A DNA stretch of 64,000 bases from an uncultured Micavibrio sp. (GTDB taxonomy: Bacteria; Pseudomonadota; Alphaproteobacteria; Micavibrionales; Micavibrionaceae): contig OZ253663.1 in the NCBI GenBank assembly GCA_965263215.1, positions 2,220,656-2,284,655 on the forward strand, in the 5' to 3' direction. How positions within the stretch are numbered: position 1 is the stretch's first letter; the number at the start of each line of letters is the position of its first letter. The position numbers were made by a program, and so were the translations under genes. The notes below the pieces were generated by a model that saw nothing but the letters and a program-made list of their open reading frames with translations, ran no database searches and was not told the origin of the DNA. Of this stretch, positions 57,801-64,000 are shown one piece after another.

Positions 57801-59365
57801 GGTGGATACAGCTCTCCAGTGCCATCGCGGGTGGCTTAGCATTTGCGACAGTTCTCACACTGATTCTTACGCCATGCCTTTTGATATTAGGGGAACGATT
57901 AACTTATAAAATAAAATTGCCCCAATTTTTATCTCGCTCCAATAAATCAAAGCACGCAGTTTCAATAATGATATGCGGCATAATTTTAAGTGGTTGCGCG
58001 CAAGAACAAAAAATAGATCATCAACCGTTCAATAAACCCATCCCCGAAAAATGGACATCAGAAGATGTCATTAATGGAGACTACAAAAACTTAGGATGGC
58101 TTGCAGATTTTAATGATGAACAACTCATATCACTCGTTGGCGAAGCCCTTAAAAATAATTATGATCTTCAAACGACGGCTACGAATTTAGCCATCGCGGC
58201 TGCACAGGCGAAAAAAGCCGGAGCAAACCTATATCCTCAATTAAATTTAACATCGCAAGCCGGGCGCAATGGAAGCTTAGAAGCGCGCGGCAGCAACTCA
58301 AGCCAATTCAGTAATTTTAATAACACTTTTGGACAATCCGGTGACATCTCATCAGGGCAATACGGCGTCTCCCTTGATGTGAACTGGGAAATAGATATAT
58401 GGGGTCGCATTCGCGCAGGATCTCAAGCTGCAGAGTATGATTATTACGCGGCTGAATACGACCACAGAGGCGCGATACAATCAATCGCTGCACAGACAGC
58501 AAAAGCATACTTTTTAGCAATCGAAACGTCAAATCAATTGGCACTGGCACAAGATTTTGAAAAAAACCTTCAAGAAACCCTAAACGTCACGAATGCTTTT
58601 TATAAGGAAGGCCTTCTCTCACTTCAGGATATTCATCTGGTAAAAGCAGACTTGGCACGCGCAAGAGAGTCTGTCCAAAACACGAAGAGCGCTTATTTTA
58701 TCGCCTTACGTAGCCTTGAAGTTTTATTGGGTCGCTACCCTTCCGCTAATGTACAATTTAGTCAGACACTCCCTCAAATGCCGGCGGCACTCCCCTCGGG
58801 CATTCCCTCATCCGTTCTGGAACGACGCCCGGACGTGCGCGCCGCGGAACGGCGTATTGCCGCAGCATTCAAACGCGTAAAATACGCAAGAGCCGCAAAG
58901 TTACCCTCGGTTTCATTGACCAGTTCTATCGGCGGAAACTCTGACCAGTTGAAAACATTAACCGATCCTGAAAACATTATATGGAATGTGATCGGCAATT
59001 TAATGTTCCCTATCTTCAATGCAGGCGATCTGGACGCAGATATAGACATCAGAACCGCAGAACAAAAATCGGCCATAGCAAACTACCAACAAACGGCGCT
59101 CAACACATTCTTAGAAATTGAGACAGCGCTTAGCAATGAGGCCTTATTCCGCGAGAAACAAAACAATCTGAACGACGCATATAAAAATTCAAAAGCAGCA
59201 GAAAATATTGCAGATGCGAATTTCAAAGCAGGCGAGATTGAACTTCTTGATCTTTTACAGATCAAGCGTAGTACCATCACCACCCAAACGGCACGCATTA
59301 CAGCGCAAAGAGAGCTTTTAGATCAGCGTATCAACCTACATTTAGGACTCGGTGGAAAAATTTAA
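54812..59365 (+). CDS. RND (AcrB-type) efflux permease reading in frame into a NodT-family outer-membrane lipoprotein
   Basis: The ATG at 54812 overlaps the MFP stop. About 1035 aa of AcrB-like sequence with 12 TM helices run to ...LTPCLLILGERLTYKIK. With no stop, the frame continues LPQFLSRSNKSKHAVSIMICGIILSGC (lipobox Cys at 57995-57997) and then about 455 aa of typical NodT/OprM sequence (YPQLNL..., RPDVRAAERR). Confidence 0.85.
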   Translation: MKVIDAAFDRSRVVMLSFVMILISGALSYIAIPKESEPDIPIPTFYVSMFHEGIAPEDAERLLVRPMEQELQALEGLKEMSAIAGESHASVTLEFSAGFDPDEALLDIREKVDLARSELPPDAEEPRVIELNVALFPVISVALSGPVPERQLVNIARDLQDKIEALPGVLEAEIGGDREEMMEVVVNPSVMESYDITFQDIAALLQNNNRLIAAGAIDSGAGRMVLKVPGVIEDIDDVMNLPIKTLNETVVTFKDVVSIRRVFKDPEGFARIKGEGSVVLEVSKRLGANIIETIDLVREVIEEEQKLWPETIKVTFMQDKSVNIKDMLKDLQNNVLSAIVLVMIVVVAALGVRPAFLVGMAIPGSFLAGILLIYSIGLTINIVVLFSLILVVGMLVDGAIVTIELADRKIGEGLERAEAYAFAAKRMSWPIIASTATTLAVFFPLLFWPGMVGEFMKYLPITVLFTLMASLFMALIFIPVLGGLLGSKTVGDMGSLEAIKAAESGDLKQIKGSTGKYLRYLETLLHHPAKVLLAAIVFLIMTFVAFGTFGKGVEFFPDVEPDFIQVQVQARGDLSVFEKDKLVKRVEQRILGMDVFKSVYSRTFGNTNNQQNMPEDVIGVIQLEFINWRLRPPASEVIDNVREKLSDVAGIKVQVRKAESGPSAGKPVEVEVRSTSMTKLTESIKQVRGLMNDIGGFVDLEDSRPLPGIEWRLEIDREQAARSGADVSVLGSAVQLLTTGLKVGEYQPDDASEELDIRLRFPTDERSLEQLMQLRVPTPLGHIPVDNFVRFETAQKTGNINRVDGRRVMTIKADVEEGLLVDQQVKLLKEAVANATFDPAVSVHFKGQDEDQKEAGDFLLKAFLTAIFMMTTILVTQFNSFYQAILVLSAIIFSTAGVLLGLLVTGNPFGIVMGGIGVIALAGIVVNNNIVLIDTFNDLKKSGMEPMEAVLRTAAQRMRPVLLTSITTILGLLPMVFAMNIDLINADIAFGAPSTQWWIQLSSAIAGGLAFATVLTLILTPCLLILGERLTYKIKLPQFLSRSNKSKHAVSIMICGIILSGCAQEQKIDHQPFNKPIPEKWTSEDVINGDYKNLGWLADFNDEQLISLVGEALKNNYDLQTTATNLAIAAAQAKKAGANLYPQLNLTSQAGRNGSLEARGSNSSQFSNFNNTFGQSGDISSGQYGVSLDVNWEIDIWGRIRAGSQAAEYDYYAAEYDHRGAIQSIAAQTAKAYFLAIETSNQLALAQDFEKNLQETLNVTNAFYKEGLLSLQDIHLVKADLARARESVQNTKSAYFIALRSLEVLLGRYPSANVQFSQTLPQMPAALPSGIPSSVLERRPDVRAAERRIAAAFKRVKYARAAKLPSVSLTSSIGGNSDQLKTLTDPENIIWNVIGNLMFPIFNAGDLDADIDIRTAEQKSAIANYQQTALNTFLEIETALSNEALFREKQNNLNDAYKNSKAAENIADANFKAGEIELLDLLQIKRSTITTQTARITAQRELLDQRINLHLGLGGKI

Positions 59366-59491
59366 AGTTCATTTATGTCTTTTTATCAACCGCACCTTAT
59401 TACCATAACCATTGGTAAATTAGATCATTTGGGGATTTTATGTTAAAATAGATGATCTTTAACTAATAGTTTTTATTAGGAGAATTGCCAA

Positions 59492-59683
59492 ATGATTACC
59501 GGTTATTGCGTTAAATGTAAGGAAAAGGGTGTTGAACTCAGCAACCCTGCTATTCACCAAACTGCCAAAGGCGGGTTTATGGCAAAAGGCGCTCATAGCA
59601 CGTGCGGCACTACGGTTTGCTCAATCATGTCGAAAGACAACGCTGAAAAAGCCATCGCTAGCGGTGTTAAAAAAGCAGACTAA
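59492..59683 (+). CDS. small zinc-ribbon protein (DUF5679-like)
   Basis: 63 aa. The pattern CVKC...(25 aa)...C.....C and a GGAGAA RBS. Confidence 0.55.
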   Translation: MITGYCVKCKEKGVELSNPAIHQTAKGGFMAKGAHSTCGTTVCSIMSKDNAEKAIASGVKKAD

Positions 59684-59928
59684 CGCCTTACAATACCGCT
59701 CACAGAGATATACTTATTACGAAGAAATATGCTTTTTTCGCGTCTTCTGCCATGCCAATCACGCTCTTTAAATTTTTAATACTCAATTACATCTTCTTGA
59801 AACTTAAAATTTCATTGTATTTTCCATACAAACCGATTAAAACCTAACACTTAACTTGAAATATATAGGTAAGCCTTTGTGTTATCACAATAACATAAAG
59901 GATTTGCGCGTAAGGTGGTTGCGACACA

Positions 59929-61347
59929 ATGTTAAGTAATAATAAGAATTATTCCCGTAGAGATTTTATAAAAAACATAGCAACAGGGTCGGCTTTGGCC
60001 TGTGTCGCGGGCAGTACGTCACTTCTGGGTGGATGCTCCTCTGCTATAGACACGAAACAATCTTATTTACATGGTGCGATAGATCCGAAAAATATCTCCA
60101 CAGTTTATCTTTGGACAGATATAATTCTGCAGGCGGTACGAAATAAATCCGTAACGCCGCCATTCGCCACGCATGCATTTGCCATGGGGCATCTGGCTGG
60201 GTTCTTGGCCGTTAACGGCATTCAAAATGAATATAACACTCCACACGGCCTAGACAGCGCCCCCGAAAATGCTGATCCTGATGTTGCCTTTGGCGTGGCA
60301 GTATCTTACGCGATTAGTGATGCGTTTGGTGCGTTATTTACATTTGATCGCAAACGTTTCCTTGATCAATTTCCGAACAGCGAAGCCAAAAGTGAAGGCA
60401 TAAAATGGGGGAAATATGTTGCTCGTCACGTTATCAAGGCACGTACAAATGATGGATCAGAACCCAATAAATCCAACTTCTATTTAGACCGCTACCCACG
60501 CCGCGAAGGCGCTTTGGGTTGGTCACCGACAGGCCCGTTTTATCAGGCCGAACTTGGCCCCGCTTTTGTAACATTTGAACGCGGCCTCTACCCGGGTTGG
60601 GGAGCCATTAAACCTTGGGTGATGAAGAACACAAAAGACTTCAGAGCCAAAGAGTTTCTTGACCCGCGCAGCGATGAATTCACTCGCCAATATCTGGAAG
60701 TGAAAGAACTCGGCGCGTATAACAGTGCAACCCGAACAGAAGACCAAAAACAAATTGCATTCTTCTGGGAAGATGGCCCGCGTGGCGTTACACCGCCTGG
60801 GCACTGGCAATTAATCGCCATGCGTCTAACTCAGAACATGAATTTATCTTTACTTGAACAGGCGCGTATCTTCGCCCTACTCAGTTTAGGACAAGCAGAT
60901 TCAGCCATTGCCACGTGGGATAGTAAATACGCCCATGATATTGTGCGCCCTGAGACATTCATCAGGTTCAGAACCGGTAAAATAGGCAACGAAACATTGG
61001 CCAGTGCAGGCGATTCAAATTGGAAAAGTTTGATCCCTACGCCGAACTTCCCGGCTTATACGTCTGGGCATTCGTGTTTCAGCGGCGTATCCGCACGGAT
61101 TATTGCTCGCTGTATCGGAACGGACAAAGTCTCATTTTCCAGCAAATCACCAGACACTGTGAACTGGTTATCGCATGTTAGTGATGTCACCAGATCATGG
61201 ACAAGCCTGTGGCAAGCCGCAGAAGAAAACGGTGCGAGCCGAATTTACGGCGGTGTTCACTGGGACGAAGACAATGTCGAAGGGCTTCGCATAGGTAAAG
61301 AGCTTGGCGATTATGTTTATAAAAACGCATTCAAGAAAAAAGCATAA
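59929..61347 (+). CDS. Tat-exported PAP2-superfamily / vanadium-dependent haloperoxidase-like protein
   Basis: Twin-arginine signal SRRDFIKN. All three PAP2 motifs are present: K-x6-RP (KYAHDIVRP), SGH (YTSGHS) and SR-x5-H-x3-D (SRIYGGVHWDED). Confidence 0.8.
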   Translation: MLSNNKNYSRRDFIKNIATGSALACVAGSTSLLGGCSSAIDTKQSYLHGAIDPKNISTVYLWTDIILQAVRNKSVTPPFATHAFAMGHLAGFLAVNGIQNEYNTPHGLDSAPENADPDVAFGVAVSYAISDAFGALFTFDRKRFLDQFPNSEAKSEGIKWGKYVARHVIKARTNDGSEPNKSNFYLDRYPRREGALGWSPTGPFYQAELGPAFVTFERGLYPGWGAIKPWVMKNTKDFRAKEFLDPRSDEFTRQYLEVKELGAYNSATRTEDQKQIAFFWEDGPRGVTPPGHWQLIAMRLTQNMNLSLLEQARIFALLSLGQADSAIATWDSKYAHDIVRPETFIRFRTGKIGNETLASAGDSNWKSLIPTPNFPAYTSGHSCFSGVSARIIARCIGTDKVSFSSKSPDTVNWLSHVSDVTRSWTSLWQAAEENGASRIYGGVHWDEDNVEGLRIGKELGDYVYKNAFKKKA

Positions 61348-61357
61348 GGGGGCGGAC

Positions 61358-62377
61358 ATGAAAAAACTTACTCTCATTTTAAGTGCCGGCACATGCCTTA
61401 TAGCACCAACCAAAGCACAAGCAGATAACCCGACGTTCGGTGTTAATTATGATGGCATTTCCTTTTTGGAAGAGCCATTGGCACGAGAACTAGGCCCAGT
61501 GACATTAAGTACACGCGCGCTAATTGATCAATCGATTGAATATGACACAACCGATGAAAAAGACACATACAATACGCGCGTTAATGCCGATATCAGACTT
61601 GAAACACAACTGCCGAACACATGGCAGGTTGGTGCACAATATTTCATAGATTTCAACCGGCTAAACGGAAGTAATCGAGAGAAATATGAAGATGATCTCG
61701 TCTTTTTCCTATCTGACGAGCTAGGCACCGTTGCGGTTGGCAATGTCACCAATGCGGTTTTTGAAAACACCAGAAGAATGCGCGCGGTCGGCCATGGAAA
61801 CCTTACAAACAACGCGTTTTTAGGCAATCTTGACGAAACAGGCGGGTTTTACTCCGTACGCTTTAATTCTTATGTGTTCTCACTCACCGGTGATCAGGAA
61901 GGCCGCGCGGAAGGCGCCCTATCCTATGAACGCAATGTCGGGAAGTATAATATCCTACTCAGCACACGCATACGCAAAGGCGAAGTTTCTGAGAATGGTG
62001 ACATCGAAAATGTCGGCAGCAATGTCGTAACATCTGATACAGGCGATACTTACGGCGCTGCGGCAGTCGGGAGTTTTAGATACAGCTCTTTCATGTTTGA
62101 TGGTGAAGTCGGATATGAAACCATTGATACCGATCAAGGCAGCGATAAAAACGACCACCCTTTTGCCTCTGTCGGCGTCAGCTATAAGGTACGCGCCCTA
62201 AGCGTTTCTGCTGAAGGCGGTATCAGTCAATATGATGATCAGGACTTACGATCGGTTGCACTTGGCGGTCGTTATGACATCGCCCGCGGTCTGTCATTCA
62301 ATATGGGTGTCAATTACACGTTCGTTGAAGATAATGACAAGACCAAGGCCATTGGCTCATTCCGCTACGAGTTTTAA
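61358..62377 (+). CDS. outer-membrane beta-barrel porin-like protein
   Basis: Signal peptide MKKLTLILSAGTCLIAPTKAQA after an AAGGGGG RBS. Alternating beta pattern and a C-terminal ...FRYEF. Confidence 0.7.
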   Translation: MKKLTLILSAGTCLIAPTKAQADNPTFGVNYDGISFLEEPLARELGPVTLSTRALIDQSIEYDTTDEKDTYNTRVNADIRLETQLPNTWQVGAQYFIDFNRLNGSNREKYEDDLVFFLSDELGTVAVGNVTNAVFENTRRMRAVGHGNLTNNAFLGNLDETGGFYSVRFNSYVFSLTGDQEGRAEGALSYERNVGKYNILLSTRIRKGEVSENGDIENVGSNVVTSDTGDTYGAAAVGSFRYSSFMFDGEVGYETIDTDQGSDKNDHPFASVGVSYKVRALSVSAEGGISQYDDQDLRSVALGGRYDIARGLSFNMGVNYTFVEDNDKTKAIGSFRYEF

Positions 62378-62380
62378 AAA

Positions 62381-63223
62381 CTATAAAATAATCGTTCTTT
62401 GACCATGAAGGAAAATGCGCCTCTCAGTGTATAGCTCAATGGCACGCGCAAGTACTTTAGACTCAGTGTCGCGTCCCAACACTTGAAGCTTTTTCGGTTC
62501 GTGACGGTGATCTATCCGCACGACATCTTGCTCAATAATCGGCCCCTCATCCAAATCGGCCGTGGCAAAATGTGCTGTCGCCCCAATGATCTTCACGCCA
62601 CGCTCATAGGCCTGATGATAAGGTTTAGCCCCTTTAAATCCGGGTAAAAATGAATGATGAATATTGATAATCCGTCCTGCATACTTTTTACACATATCAT
62701 CTGATAATATCTGCATGTAGCGCGCGAGCACGATAAGCTCTGCCCCTGTTTCTTCTATTATTTTTTCGAACTGCGTTTCGGCATCCGATTTATTATCTGG
62801 TAAAATCGGCACATGATAATAACGCAAGCCCCTATCCTCTACTAACTGGCGGTTGGTTTCGTGATTGGATACAATGCCACAAATTTCAATATTCAAATGA
62901 TTGGTACGCCAGCGGTATAAAATATCGTTCAAACAATGATCAGCTTTTGATACGAAAATCAGCGTCTTAATGGCAGCGTCTTGTTTTGATACTTGCCAGT
63001 CCATTGTAAACTCTTTGGCGACTTTTTGAAAAGAGTCTTCAAACGCTTTTTCCGCACCTTCGGACAATGCAGAAAAAACAACGCGCATGAAAAATTGACT
63101 GGAGAGCGGGTCGTTAAATTGCGATGATTCTTCAATATTGCAATTTGCATTACTTAAGGTCATGGCCACGGCGGCCACTATTCCGTGGCGGTCATCACAA
63201 TTCAGGCGGAGTATATAAAGCAT
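62381..63223 (-). CDS. purU: formyltetrahydrofolate deformylase
   Basis: 280 aa. N-terminal ACT domain (CDDRHGIVAAV), then the formyltransferase core IINIHHSFLPGFKGAKPYHQA...GATAHF...LDEGPII. Confidence 0.93.
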   Translation of the reverse strand: MLYILRLNCDDRHGIVAAVAMTLSNANCNIEESSQFNDPLSSQFFMRVVFSALSEGAEKAFEDSFQKVAKEFTMDWQVSKQDAAIKTLIFVSKADHCLNDILYRWRTNHLNIEICGIVSNHETNRQLVEDRGLRYYHVPILPDNKSDAETQFEKIIEETGAELIVLARYMQILSDDMCKKYAGRIINIHHSFLPGFKGAKPYHQAYERGVKIIGATAHFATADLDEGPIIEQDVVRIDHRHEPKKLQVLGRDTESKVLARAIELYTERRIFLHGQRTIIL

Positions 63224-63299
63224 ATCTGTTTTTTTTAGCGTTGAGTGAAATCAATTAAACTAACGAACAGTCTAACGCCTGAAAAGTTATAGTCTAGCT

Positions 63300-63878
63300 T
63301 CAAGTGCCATGAATCATCGTGAGATCAAACACATGCAAGAAATCCCACATTGTTTCGTCCACCGCCAGACCTACAATCGCGACAAATCCACCCATTTCCC
63401 ATGGAATACGAAATGTATGGGTGATGATAAAGGCCAGATAAACATAGCCCAGCAATGTCATGAATACGGCGTAGACCTCAACATCCATCACATCGCCACC
63501 GGTAAAGATATAAAATAAGATCGGCGAGACAAAAATAATATCGAACAAACTGATCCAATTTGTGATGACCAAGAACCGCCAAAAATGTTCTTGGCGTTCT
63601 AATTGCTTACTTAAGAAATAAACAATCGTAAGGTATATTCCTGCCCCAATGAGAATACGAAAAAAATGCACTGATATGATGAACGGTATTGTATGCCCTT
63701 CTTTGGTTGTCATCACCAGAGCGACAAAAGCAAGCGGGGACAGCATAAGCGGGATTAGGAAAGATTTTATGGCGTCTTTGCGCGATGTCGATTGAAAGCG
63801 CTCAATACCTTTGCGCATAAAAATGATTACTTCAAGGCACCCTGCCAGATTTTGTTTTATTTCCTGCTTAGTAAACAT
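63300..63878 (-). CDS. hypothetical integral membrane protein
   Basis: 192-aa ORF with about 5 hydrophobic helices. No family recognised. Confidence 0.6.
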   Translation of the reverse strand: MFTKQEIKQNLAGCLEVIIFMRKGIERFQSTSRKDAIKSFLIPLMLSPLAFVALVMTTKEGHTIPFIISVHFFRILIGAGIYLTIVYFLSKQLERQEHFWRFLVITNWISLFDIIFVSPILFYIFTGGDVMDVEVYAVFMTLLGYVYLAFIITHTFRIPWEMGGFVAIVGLAVDETMWDFLHVFDLTMIHGT

Positions 63879-64000
63879 AAGGCACCTCTTTGTTTTTTAT
63901 ACCCAAGTGATACTTTATTAAACCATGAGCACACGCGCCAAATGTCAAAAATTTGTAAAATCGTTGTAAAAAAGCCTTAATCTTCACACGAAAATTTATA

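Noticed and set aside
53689-59365. Idea that the MFP/RND/OMF cluster is the secretion system for the neighbouring RTX adhesin
   Set aside because: The adaptor is RND-type and the inner-membrane component is an AcrB-like permease, not an ABC exporter. T1SS substrates need an ABC transporter, so the adjacency looks coincidental.
59860-59900. 10-bp stem (CCTTTGTGTT / AACATAAAGG) about 25 nt upstream of the PAP2/haloperoxidase gene
   Set aside because: It is a single AT-rich hairpin with a G.T pair and no conserved riboswitch-like features. That is not enough to call a regulatory element.
1-64000. CRISPR arrays, rRNA genes, IS elements or transposases, and retron or reverse-transcriptase genes
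   Set aside because: I scanned for regularly spaced direct repeats, rRNA-like sequence, DDE or transposase motifs and RT motifs (YxDD) in the ORF track. None was found.

Overview
The window looks like a chromosomal segment from an alphaproteobacterium. That placement is inferred from gene content (adrenodoxin-type ferredoxin, 407-aa eukaryote-type NADP-IDH, purU, NodT/RND genes) and was not checked against any database.

Layout:
- **1-13.2 kb, core genes:** alpha/beta hydrolase, NifS-like cysteine desulfurase-ferredoxin-Dabb, a TPR-methyltransferase, icd, a GT4 glycosyltransferase, mnmA and a CheY-like receiver.
- **13209-13284, tRNA-Met(CAU):** a ~23.5-kb AT-rich island follows it. The island is bounded by a perfect 69-bp direct repeat of the tRNA 3' half (13239-13307 and 36674-36742).
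- **Island content:**
  - an uncharacterised, translationally coupled gene pair (HARE-HTH protein plus HEAT-repeat protein), a small GIY-YIG nuclease and an odd GC-rich non-coding patch;
  - a P4-like backbone (Prim-Pol/helicase, AlpA, tyrosine integrase) sitting in the island interior;
  - about 15 kb of cargo: secreted TPR, beta-propeller, ankyrin and transglutaminase-like proteins, plus a luxR-luxI-orf-PhyH dioxygenase locus.
- **36.7-45.5 kb, also AT-rich:** a degenerate att-flank relic, an MHYT/hybrid-kinase phosphorelay that appears split by a frameshift, an Hpt protein, a 1045-aa EF-hand protein and a Sel1-repeat protein.
- **45.6-64 kb, core:** recQ, a CvfB-like S1 protein, an RRM protein, a 1375-aa RTX/VWA adhesin, an RND efflux operon, a Tat-exported PAP2/vanadium-haloperoxidase-like protein, a porin and purU. 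In the efflux operon the permease ORF runs in frame into a NodT lipoprotein ORF (1517 codons from the likely ATG at 54812; 1550 in the full ORF).

I found no rRNA, CRISPR array or transposase.

The most promising leads are the attL-proximal HARE-HTH/HEAT(/GIY-YIG) cassette, the island-borne luxI-PhyH locus, the RND-OMF fusion and the split MHYT kinase. All functional calls rest on motif recognition by eye. No homology search or structure prediction was run.
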